From the NCBI GenBank assembly GCA_965603825.1, contig CBFDEM010000045.1:310001-374000 (forward strand): a stretch of DNA of 64,000 nt. Reading direction: 5' to 3'. The notes under the pieces are model-generated. The model worked only from the letters and a program-made list of their open reading frames with translations. It made no database searches and was not told the origin of the DNA. Of the stretch, positions 23,791 to 34,002 are shown piece after piece; the stretch's first letter is position 1, and every line of letters begins with the position of its first letter. The translations under genes were made by a program, and so were the position numbers. The stretch is from Blepharisma stoltei ATCC 30299. Taxonomy: Eukaryota > Protista > Ciliophora.

Positions 23791-24615
23791 ATGAAAAGAG
23801 GAAACCCAGGAGCTCGTCAGGTTCCATCAAGATTTATGACCCACAACCCACGTCTTGAAAGAGAAACTAAAAAAAAAGAAGAGCAGCTAAACACTTCTCT
23901 TAACCGATCAAGAAACTCAAGAAACTCTAGTATGGAGCTTGATGAAAGCTTAAAGCTGCAATCGCGGCCTGCTGTAAGGACTATCAAGCATGAGCTGAAA
24001 AACTTGGATTTCCTTCAAACAATTCTGTATCAATGAGCCTATGCTCTCGGCCTTGCCCAACAATGCTATGATATTCAGTTCCTCAAAGCCTCAGACCAAT
24101 TTTCTGACCGATGCCAGCAATTGGTAGAATTGAAGAAAACTGTGATGTCTCTTTCCTCAGATATAGCAGCGCGAGAAAAGACAAAGCTCCTAGATGATGT
24201 GCTATCAATGGAATATTCATCGTTAAAAGCTGTGGAAGATGATATCTTGATGACTTCAGCTTATTTGCAAGAATTAGAAAATGCTTCATATTTTACCTTG
24301 CATAAAATGAAACTAGGAGAAAATGTTATTGTAAGTCCTTCTGAACTGATAAATTGCCTGGAAAAGGCAAGTCTTACCTTAAAACAGATACAGACTCTTA
24401 TTGATCCTGAAGCACAAGAAATAAAAAATCTAGGGATGGAAATCGAAGAGTTTCTAAATGTGGTAACTGAAGAACAAAAAGAAATAGAGAGAAATGAGCA
24501 GCTTGTGGCAGAGCTACAGAGGCTGTATGATAAAGAAAAAATAATAATTGCTGAGATGGCGATCGAGAAAAGGGAAATAGAGATTGATGAGCTGCTGTCT
24601 GGGTCTTTAATGTAA
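23791..24615 (+). CDS. HAUS8/AUG8 (QWRF family)-like augmin subunit
   Basis: Single frame via TGA=Trp at 24034. N-terminal RQVPSRFM basic motif, then LQTILYQWAYA at the QWRF position followed by coiled coil ending TLHKMKL. Confidence 0.6.
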
Positions 24616-24644
24616 TTTGCTTGAAATTTATTAAATTAACTTAA

Positions 24645-25799
24645 CTAGTCATTTTTTTCTGAAGATTTGTCAGAAGGTTCCTTTTTCATTTTTCCGTTTT
24701 CCCATACTCCTTTTCTTCCTTTTCCTCTTTCGTTATAAAGAGTTCCTTGTCCATGCTGTTTTCCATTTAACCAATTTCCTTCATATTTTTTGCCATTTGG
24801 CCAGCCAAAAATGCCCCAGCCTTCTTTTTGGTCCATTACATATTGCCCGTCATAATATCTTCCATCAGACCATTTAAATATCCCTTTCCCATGCATTTTA
24901 TTATTCTTCCAATCTCCTTCGTATTGTCTGTCGTTATTCCAAACATATTTTCCTTTTCCTTCAATTTCATTATTAGCAAACTCTCCTTCATAATGGCTTC
25001 CATCTGCCCAGGAAAATTTTCCAAATCCACTTTTTGATCCGTCCTTATAATTTCCTTCATATCTCGAGCCATCAACCCATGTCTCAATGCCAAAGCCTTG
25101 CTGCTTATTTGAAAATCATTCCCCTTCATATACATTTTTCATGGAATATATCATTTTCCCTTTACCTTGCATGAGCCCTTCTACCCAATCTCCTTCGTAG
25201 TAATCTCCAGTAGGAGAAATTTTTCTTCCTTTTCCATGAAATTTTCCAGCTTTCCAATATCCTTGATAGAAAGAGCCGTCATGCGAATACAAAGTTCCTT
25301 TACCGTGCTGTTGGTTTTCTCCGTTACATTCTCCTTCATAAATGCTTCCGTCAGGAATTTTAATTATTGTAATATTTCCAGGATTTTGTTCAGCACTATA
25401 TTGGAAAGGTGGCAATGTTTCTAGGATTTCTTTTACTAGAGGACTAAGTAAATTTTTCGCATCTTCAATAGTAAATGGAGAATTCCAAATTTTTGCTGGC
25501 TCGGGTTTACTCGCCTTTGCTTTTAAATTTGTAGCATAAGATTTCCGAGCGAAATAGCCTCTGCATACAGATTGAATTCGAATGTTATTTCTTTTAGGAG
25601 GGATTTGAACTGGCTTTGGGAGCTGCACATCTTCAGGAGATATTGATTCTAGTTTGACGTTAGATGCATTAGTTCCAGATGGAACAGAAGAAGGAAGAGA
25701 ATCTGGCAGAAGTTTCTGATTATTATTATTAGGAATTGAGTTGTCGAGGGTTACACTTCCGTCTTCTTTTTTGGAACCCATACAGTTGCAGGAGCCCAT
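24645..25799 (-). CDS. IQ + MORN-repeat protein, N-acylated (MGSCNC)
   Basis: IQSVCRGYFARK IQ motif and many YEGxWxxGxxHGKG repeats, joined by TGA=Trp. Confidence 0.88.
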
Positions 25800-26596
25800 T
25801 TTATTTGAATTATAAGAGATGAACTAAAAAAATTTCATATTTCAATGAAAGGACAACTGAAGAACTAGCGATATAAGTGAATCAAAAGGCATTATTTTCC
25901 AATTTAGCAGCAAATTTATTTTTTTTCGAATAGCGAGTTAGAGTAGAAAAATCTCCATCTTGAATGATAGCAATATATCATTATCAATTCCAAAGAAAAA
26001 GGCGTAATAAATTTATTTTATATAAAATACTAGTTTTTATAGCAGATAAAATTTATATGCCTGAATAAAACATAGAAGTAATAAAGTTTTTTTCATTTAA
26101 TAAGTAACGCTCAATTTGAATTACCTTGTCTTGGTAAAGAATTATTTATTAAATTGTAATCTTTAAATCTATGTTCCATTTTTAGATTTTGATTAGTCCA
26201 TACATATAAAACCACTGAATATAATACCATTTTAAACGTTGTTTGAATTTTAAGTTTATTTAATTCATTTCTTTCTCTCCGCTATAAAATTAAATAATTG
26301 CGCGAAGTAAATTAAACCTGGGCAATTAGACGGTCAGATCGTTAGAAAATGTACTACACGATAATTCTGCCAGCTCAGAGTGCCCAAAATTATTTCCAAG
26401 TAAAGCAAGTATATATTTAATTTTTAGCTCGCAAATATTTCACTAATTGCATCCCGAATAATTCTAAAATTCATTTTGAATTCTTTTAGAATTATAGGCA
26501 TCTAGCACATTATGAAAATATAAAATGACAAATTAAATAATTTGCTACACTCAAAAATAATTGATGGTGCATATATGCAACATAACCTGAAAGTTA

Positions 26597-27739
26597 ATGG
26601 ATAATAATAGTAATATTAAAATTATGAGTATCACTGTTTACTACACTCCTGAAGACTTCAATATCGACAAACTCAAAATTCTCTTCGAAAACGCTGAAGC
26701 GTATGAAATAAATACCATTGTAATCCCCAGTCAGGAAAAAATAGCAATTGTCAATTACAGGGATAAATCAGAGGCGGAAAAAATAATCCTTGAATTTGAA
26801 GGGAAAAGGTTTGGAGAAAATGATTTTAAAATAGAACTGACTGACAATTTTAGATCACTAAAAATACCACCAAGATCTCGATCAAGATCGCCTGTTTCTG
26901 ATCATGATAAATGCACAGAGAATAATGCAAATATTTCTTTGGCTTATTCTCCAAACGTACAGAACAAAATAAGCGATGAAGAACGAGTTCTTAATGTACT
27001 AAATGCATGCCCAGACCCAACTGGATTTAGTTCTAGTTATGGCTGTGAAGAATCAGTAATAAGAATGTCAGGGGATTCTTTTATAGAACACACTGATAGC
27101 TTGAAAACCATCAATAAAATTACTAAGGCCAACCAAGAAATAATTAAAGATGAAAAATGCGTCGGCCATGCTTTTACCAATTTAAATGTAAACTCTACTG
27201 AGTACTCTTTACCCACTATAAATCCTGCAATCAGCGAAAGCAATTTTAATATCCAACTTCCCAGCATTTCAGATTTACAGCCACAAGAAAAAGTTTCCTA
27301 TCCAATCACAAAAAAGCCAAAGCGACCTGCAGTTTTAGAAAATTTAAATATCAAAAGTGAAGTCATGAAATTTAAGCTTCCCATACTAGACGAATCAAAA
27401 AAGATTAAGCCTATGGAAGCAAAACCGAATGACAAAAGCAAAGCAAAGGAGCAAAAGAACCAAGAAAATCAGAGAAGACAATCTCAGAGACTAATAGAGA
27501 GGCAACAAAAAAGGGAGGACTATGAAGATGAAGATTTAGAAGATGAAGAAATTGAGTTAGAAAAATTCACTGCAGAGGATGGGAGTATATTTACTGTTAT
27601 TTCCAGGAGCAGCTCGAAACATAGAAATGTTGAGTGTGGCACGTGTTTGAAAGTTATTCAACAAAAAACGATTTTGACCCATATAACTTCCAAAACTCAC
27701 AAAGAAAAGATATTAGCTAATAACCCCTCTTCGGTTTAA
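26597..27739 (+). CDS. RRM-like + U1/matrin-type C2H2 zinc-finger protein
   Basis: N-terminal RRM-like fold (IAIVNYRDKSEAEKIILEFEGKRF), RSRSRSP, C-terminal CGTC...HITSKTH. Confidence 0.65.
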   Translation: MDNNSNIKIMSITVYYTPEDFNIDKLKILFENAEAYEINTIVIPSQEKIAIVNYRDKSEAEKIILEFEGKRFGENDFKIELTDNFRSLKIPPRSRSRSPVSDHDKCTENNANISLAYSPNVQNKISDEERVLNVLNACPDPTGFSSSYGCEESVIRMSGDSFIEHTDSLKTINKITKANQEIIKDEKCVGHAFTNLNVNSTEYSLPTINPAISESNFNIQLPSISDLQPQEKVSYPITKKPKRPAVLENLNIKSEVMKFKLPILDESKKIKPMEAKPNDKSKAKEQKNQENQRRQSQRLIERQQKREDYEDEDLEDEEIELEKFTAEDGSIFTVISRSSSKHRNVECGTCLKVIQQKTILTHITSKTHKEKILANNPSSV

Positions 27740-27933
27740 TGCATAAAAATATTTTAAACTAAAAGTATAAACTTTAAAGGTTTTGCGTTATTTTGACTAG
27801 TTGAGTATGTTTGTACAGAATTCCTGAAATAAAAAAATACTAAGACTTAAAAAATAATGACATTACTTTTGTGGGATATTAGATCTTATTTACTTCTATG
27901 ATAAAAATGATTGCTATTCCTTATGCATATAAA

Positions 27934-29052
27934 ATGATTATTCTATACTTTTTCTCAACTCTATTACTCAAGTCCCATGCAATTCCTGATGGTCCGTTCA
28001 CTGTTACATGCAAAACCTCTGAGGAGCAAAATCATTTTTGTTTAGAATATGATAAGAAAGAGAATGCCTATACTTTATCACCTTGTGCAAATGGCGAAAC
28101 TTGTAAGAATATCTGAAGACTATGAACAATTGAGCCAAATATTAACAGCTATAGTGAAAAGTGTGCGGTTAAAAATGAGACTGATTCTATTATAGGAAGC
28201 AGTTTAAGTTCAGAAATCAGACTTTGCCAAAATAGCGAGTGCTCTTTCTGCGATAGCAACTTAACTTCAATAAACCTCACAGACTGCTGCAGAAAAAATA
28301 ATTGTAATGGAAAAGGCAATTCAACACTCAAATGTAAGGCTGACAATGACTGTAATGCTGGATTTTATTGTGATGACACTTATCAGTGCCAAGAAGCCAT
28401 AAAAGATGGAGCGCAATGCTCAAAGGATGAAGAATGCAAGATTGGTAGCGGCTGTAACTATGGTATTTGCACAAAATTGTTTAGTCTTAATATAGGAAAA
28501 TTAGCACAGAAAAACAAGTTCTGTAAATCAAATTGGGCTCTTAATGGATTTTGTGATGGGCTTTATTTAGAAGTGAATGGTATGGTAAAAAAAGATAGAG
28601 ATTACACATGCAGTAATGAAAATCTTTGTGCTTTCAAGCTGCAAACTACTGGAGAATTCAATTCTGTATATAACTGCTCCGGACCTTCTAAAAGTCGTAC
28701 AGGACTTTGCAATATGAGTCTTACTCGGATAAAAGATGAGATAGGCGGATTATTTGAGTCTTTACAATACAGAAGCTCAGATTGTTCTAGTGCTTCTGCT
28801 CATAGTGATAATATTGAGGAATTATTTAAGTGTGGATCGATCACTAGTGCTCAATATTACAATTTTAAGCGCAAGTACTATTGGATGCTATTTAACACGC
28901 TCAATTTTACTGCCAATGTTGCTGGAGATGAGAATTGTGCCAATATTAAATGACTAACTGAATACAGCGGGAACTGGACAAGCTATCAAAATAGCTTAGG
29001 CTCATTACGAATCTTTTCTTTCGTGTTTTCTTTAATTGCAGTATTTTTATAA
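27934..29052 (+). CDS. Cys-rich secreted, probably GPI-anchored surface protein
   Basis: Signal peptide, many CxxDxxC/GxYC motifs, three TGA=Trp, hydrophobic C-terminal tail (IFSFVFSLIAVFL). Start could be 27898 or 27907. Confidence 0.75.
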
Positions 29053-29130
29053 ATAAGGTCAGCATTTTTATTTAATTAAGTGATAAAAGATAAGTTTTTA
29101 ATATAGTGTCATAATGAAATTACAAGGATT

Positions 29131-30702
29131 TTACTCGGTTGTTAGTTTTACATTAACAGTTTCTAGTCGCCTATGAGTCTCAATTTTGAAATTCTCAACT
29201 TTTATCCACTCATCAGACGGGTTTTCTCCTTTGCCTTTGCACAAGGCATCAAGCAAAGTTGTTGCTTCTAGATACTTTTCCTTACTTTTAGGGTAGTCCT
29301 TCAAATACTCATCTTTTGCGCCTTCTTTGCATAAACTAATCGCATAGTTATAGATCAAGCTGTCTCCAAGTCCCTGAGTTCCTATTGAATCTATTGTGGT
29401 AAGCTTTTGCGGATCACTTATAGCAAGTAGCTTGTCAACTTCTTTGCATAAATCTTCAGCCTTATCTTGATTCTGCATAAACATTGTTTTCACCCTTTCA
29501 AAAAGCTCATAAAACGCTGGATACAATTCTTGATTTAGCGCATGTTTATCAATCATTTGCTGACAATACTCTAACGAATTTTCTAGTACCATCATAGCCT
29601 TCACATAAACTGCAAAACTCCCTATAATTTCATTATTCGCCTTTATCCTTTCAGCTAACTTTATTATCGTCATAGCAGTCTCAATTTGTTTCTCGACCAC
29701 TGCAACCACTTCTGTCAAATTCACTGCTGGATGGTTATTTTTGGCAAGGAATACAAAATCTGTGCAGGACTCTTCATTTGAAAGCAATACAAAATCATCT
29801 GATTTTGAAGATTCTGAGTTTTCCTCTTTAGGAAGCTGCAAATTATTAGTATCAGATGATATCATAGAATCAGAAGAGCCTTTAGAGGCCTTAATTGAAT
29901 ACTCATCTTCTTTTGGAGGAAGAATAAAAGGGTGCTCAAACAGCTCTTCAAAAGAAATTCTGGTTTTTGGATCATAAGACAGCATTCTGGTTAGCAGATC
30001 TTGACAGAGTGGCGATAAATTAGCAGGCAAAGATTTCAGCTTTTTTTGGGCATGCGGGATTTCTTCCCTTCTCTTTGCATTAAATGGGGCTTCCCCAGTA
30101 AGAATTTCATAAAAAACGACTCCTAAGCTCCAAATATCAGCTTTTGCGTCATACCCTTCTTTCCACCGAAACATCTCAGGCGCCATATAAAGTGGAGTCC
30201 CTAGCCAAGATTGAGCTAGGTCATCATCAAGAAATCGTGACATTCCGAAGTCAGCCAATTTCAAAGTTGCAGAGGTAGATGCTTCAGTTAGCAAAATATT
30301 TTGAAGCTTCATATCACGGTGAATTATATTCTTCGCCCGCAGAGCTTTGAAGCCTTCTATTATATGCTGCATCCACCTTCTTGCGATTGACTCCTCAACT
30401 GGTCCATTTTGTGTGATGAATTGTCCTAAATCACCTCCAGAGCAATATTCAAGGATTAGGTAGAAGTTGTTGTCAGTTTTCTGGACGTCTATGAGTTTGA
30501 CGACGTATTCGCTATCTACTGACCTTTGACACACGATTTCTTGTTCCAACCTATTTTGTTGATCAGCTCTAAGCCCTTGTCTGCTGATCATTTTGATAGC
30601 GATTTTGTTCTTTGATGGAATATGCTTGCCTAAATATACAGTTCCAAATGTACCTTTTCCTAGTTTTGACTTCAACTCATATTGCCCGACTCTTTTTCCC
30701 AT
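29131..30702 (-). CDS. ATG1: ATG1/ULK serine/threonine kinase
   Basis: Kinase motifs GKGTFG, HRDMKLQN, DFG, GTPLYMAPE; DDFVLL/TDFVFL LIR-like motifs; C-terminal tandem MIT-like helices. Confidence 0.8.
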   Translation of the reverse strand: MGKRVGQYELKSKLGKGTFGTVYLGKHIPSKNKIAIKMISRQGLRADQQNRLEQEIVCQRSVDSEYVVKLIDVQKTDNNFYLILEYCSGGDLGQFITQNGPVEESIARRWMQHIIEGFKALRAKNIIHRDMKLQNILLTEASTSATLKLADFGMSRFLDDDLAQSWLGTPLYMAPEMFRWKEGYDAKADIWSLGVVFYEILTGEAPFNAKRREEIPHAQKKLKSLPANLSPLCQDLLTRMLSYDPKTRISFEELFEHPFILPPKEDEYSIKASKGSSDSMISSDTNNLQLPKEENSESSKSDDFVLLSNEESCTDFVFLAKNNHPAVNLTEVVAVVEKQIETAMTIIKLAERIKANNEIIGSFAVYVKAMMVLENSLEYCQQMIDKHALNQELYPAFYELFERVKTMFMQNQDKAEDLCKEVDKLLAISDPQKLTTIDSIGTQGLGDSLIYNYAISLCKEGAKDEYLKDYPKSKEKYLEATTLLDALCKGKGENPSDEWIKVENFKIETHRRLETVNVKLTTE

Positions 30703-30829
30703 AATTATAAGAATTAATTTGTGTGACACTTACCTTTATATAATGGATTTTTAAATATTCAGCTATATACAGTTTTGATTGATAAAATAACGAAATTATA
30801 TAAAAATTGTTCAAAGCTGATTAAAATAA

Positions 30830-31852
30830 TTACAAGTTATTAAGTCCCCAATGCGCCAATCGAGGAAGATCTGTCCATCTGTGGTCTATGCTTTTGGAGT
30901 TCAAAATGACAACGACAACTTGTTTGCCTTTACTCTTCAAGCTTGCACAAAGACAAGGTCCAGCCATAGGAGTCACCCCAGTTTTAACTCCTACAAATCC
31001 TTCAGAGAGCAGCTTATTAGTGTTTTGTCACCAAGTAGTTCTATAAGAATATCCACTTGGCTGAACAACATAGCATGTATGATACTCTGCACAGCAAATC
31101 ATCTGAAATAGTTCGTTTTCAAGGGCTGTTGCAGCAAGTTTGCATACGTCAGTTGCTGTGGATTTATTTTTAGGCATGCTCATACCATGTGGGTTATTAA
31201 AAAACGTGCTGTTTAGGCCAAGTTCTTTAGCTGTTTGGTTCATTTCTCGTACAAAATATTTTATAGGTTCTTTACATTTGCCTTCAATTCCAGATATTTT
31301 TGCAATGATCTTTCCAAAATGTTCAGCTAAACACACTGCGGCATCATTCCCACTTGGCAGCATTAAGCCATGTAATAAATCCCAAATTTGGATCTCTTCC
31401 CCTTCTTTAAGTCTTGCACTAGTTCCACAGGTTTCTGCAGCATTTCTGCTTACTTTAACTAAAGATTCAAGAGATATATGATAATTTTCAGCCACATTGA
31501 GCACTACATAACAGGTCATAATTTTTGTGAGGCTTGCGATTTCCCTTGGTTGTTGCTCTCGGAAACCACCGACTAATTTCCCTGATTTTATATCTAAAAC
31601 TGCCCAGCTTTGAGCTGAGACATGGGGAGGGCTTGAGCTTGAGGCTGTATGAGAACTAGAGCGGATTTTTCGAGACTTGTCAGAGTAGTCAGTTGAGGTT
31701 GAAGAGGAGCAGTCAGATGAATGGTTACTAAAATGAAGGGCCGGCGCAAAGGTAGTGCCTTGTTGTGAAGCTGGAATTTTAAATAGTAGTGATCTGATTA
31801 CATTTCGTCGGTTTAAAGAAGGAAGAGACCTTGGATTTGGCTGATCGCCCAT
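30830..31852 (-). CDS. D-Ala-D-Ala carboxypeptidase-like serine peptidase (S11, PBP5/DacA-like)
   Basis: ASLTKIMT (SxxK), PSGNDAA (SxN), NPHG, and after TGA=Trp at 31028 NTNKLL...GVKTGVT (KTG). Confidence 0.9.
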
Positions 31853-32115
31853 TAATTATAAGGAAGATTTAAAGAAATTTAAAAATTTAAAAAGTCGTCC
31901 TAGAAAATTTATAAAAAGGTTTGGCATAAGATATAAGTAATTTGGGTTCTCAAAATTGTAAAAATCGTCATAAAATATTTTTTAAAATCCAGCTATCCTT
32001 AATATTTAAATGATGTAATTAATCTAATGCCATTTTACCAGTCAGAATATAGTTTGAAGAGCTTAAAAGTGGTTACTATTAATATTAGAGCTGCAAATTG
32101 TGTTGATTTTTAATT

Positions 32116-33999
32116 TTAAAATACTATACACTTTACACAATATCCTCTTCTCCCATTAACCATGGATTCTGATTCTTTTGCTTTTATCAGCTCTTTCTTT
32201 GATTGTTGATTTGGGGGAACTTCATTCATTGTTTTGCTAGGAATTTGAGCTATAATTTCATTATTAACAAAGACTGGTTCCTCCTCTGAGCTTGAACTCT
32301 CTGATTCACTATCTTTATCACAATAGTCATCAGAGAATCCTCTTAATTTTCCTTTCTGGGGTTTTAGTTCCATGTCTTTAGCATTACCTTTTAGTGCTGG
32401 AGAATGCTTATTTTCCTTATCGGCTGACTCAATTAATTCAAATTTAGGATCGTGCTTATAGTCCATTGGGCCAAGCAAGATTTCTTTAAATGGGCTATTG
32501 CTGAATGAAGAAATGTCGATTTTCCTATAGTCATAATCCTCATCAACTTCATTCATAATGTCGTCTATCGAGTAGTTTAATTCTTCATTCTCCTCAAAAG
32601 TTTCATTTTCGTTAAATTTTGCGTCTTCGGAAACGAATAAATCAATCTTATCGTTTTGATTGCTAATAGTGCCTTCTATTTCTTGAGGAATTTCTTGATT
32701 AGCATTTCTTATGTCTTTTTTTTCGGCTTCTTTGACTTCAATGGGGAAATTTTCATTATTTACCTCTTTTTTCTCTTCATTTTTTGCTCCTTTTCTCTCG
32801 CCATTTATCGCTTCTTTTTTCTCTTGCATTTCCATATTTTTCTTCTCTTCTTCTTTCGCTTTCTTTTCCTTATTTTTTCTCTCTACTTTTTTCTCTTCTA
32901 TTTTATTTTCATTTCTCTCGTCCATTTCCCTGTCTTCTTTTCTTGCTTCCTTTCTTTTATTGCTTTTGGGTGCTTTTTCTTCCTTTATTAATTCTTCTAT
33001 TTTATCTTCTTTTTTCTCTTCACTTTTTTCTTTATATTTTTCTTCACTTTTTTCTTTATATTTTTCTTCATTTTTCTCTTTGAGTTTCTGGTCTTTTTTC
33101 TCTTCTGTGATTTCTTCTTTTTTCTCTTCTTTTTTCTCCTCTCTTTTCTCTTCACTTTTCACTTCTTTATTTTCTTCTTTTGTCTCCTCTTTTATCTCCT
33201 CTTTTATTTGTTCTTTTTCCTCTACCTTTCTCTCTTCTTTTTTCTCTGCTTTTTTCTCTTCTATTTTCTCTTCATTTTTCTCTTGTTTTCGTATTTCTTG
33301 AATTTCTTCGCTTTTTCCTTTTTTTCCCTGAATCGGTTCAGTTTTTTCTTCAGCCTCTTCATTCTCCTCTTTAATTTCAGTAATTATTTGACTCAAACTG
33401 AGAGGAGCGCTATATATTGCTTCTCTTCTATTATAATCGTCATCTTTTTGCCCACCTGAAATCGTAGACCTAATTAATTTTCTCTTTTGAGCTTTAGGAG
33501 ATCCATAAACTAAAAAGTCACTATCAAGATCATTCAACTTCATATCTCCTACAGAAAAACTCTGAGCTGTCTGTTTTCTCACAAGTGTCAAGTCTATACT
33601 GACAAGCAGAGATGCTTGTTTATCCTCAGACCCTTTTATTTGAACTACCTGATTAACCATGGCTTCTCCATTTTGAGCAACTTTAGAAAATTCTAATTCT
33701 CCTTTTCCAATTTTTGAAGGCTTTTTTCCTGTTACTTTCAATACCACAAATTCCACAATTTTCGGCATGAATTTTGAATCTTTCTGGTACATTGATACTT
33801 CAATAGCCAATGAGGACTCAAATATCAAAGGCCCTGCAGATTTTTCATAGAGCACTGGTTCACTTTCTATAAGTTTTTTCCTTCGTTTTAGAGCAATTTT
33901 AATCTCCCCAGGCTCTTTTAAATTTATTGTAAGGCTATGGATTTGGACCCTGAGCAAATATTTTATCTTTGTTGATCCAATTCTTTTGATTTGCTTCAT
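32116..33999 (-). CDS. NT-C2 (EEIG1/EHBP1-type) domain protein with Glu/Lys-rich region and CaaX (CIVF)
   Basis: N-terminal beta-rich C2-like segment, long EEKK low-complexity stretch, C-terminal YCVKCIVF. Confidence 0.72.
   Translation of the reverse strand: MKQIKRIGSTKIKYLLRVQIHSLTINLKEPGEIKIALKRRKKLIESEPVLYEKSAGPLIFESSLAIEVSMYQKDSKFMPKIVEFVVLKVTGKKPSKIGKGELEFSKVAQNGEAMVNQVVQIKGSEDKQASLLVSIDLTLVRKQTAQSFSVGDMKLNDLDSDFLVYGSPKAQKRKLIRSTISGGQKDDDYNRREAIYSAPLSLSQIITEIKEENEEAEEKTEPIQGKKGKSEEIQEIRKQEKNEEKIEEKKAEKKEERKVEEKEQIKEEIKEETKEENKEVKSEEKREEKKEEKKEEITEEKKDQKLKEKNEEKYKEKSEEKYKEKSEEKKEDKIEELIKEEKAPKSNKRKEARKEDREMDERNENKIEEKKVERKNKEKKAKEEEKKNMEMQEKKEAINGERKGAKNEEKKEVNNENFPIEVKEAEKKDIRNANQEIPQEIEGTISNQNDKIDLFVSEDAKFNENETFEENEELNYSIDDIMNEVDEDYDYRKIDISSFSNSPFKEILLGPMDYKHDPKFELIESADKENKHSPALKGNAKDMELKPQKGKLRGFSDDYCDKDSESESSSSEEEPVFVNNEIIAQIPSKTMNEVPPNQQSKKELIKAKESESMVNGRRGYCVKCIVF
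32760..33300. repeat. Purine-rich (minus strand) low-complexity coding repeat, incl. 24-bp tandem unit (KEKSEEKY) at ~33020-33075
   Basis: Reiterated ttttctcttc units and two to three copies of ctttttctttatatttttcttca. Confidence 0.75.
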
Positions 34000-34002
34000 A
34001 TT

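Noticed and set aside
32656-33459. Several Phe/Ser/Leu-rich plus-strand ORFs
   Set aside because: Antisense shadows of the Glu/Lys-rich low-complexity region of the minus-strand gene.
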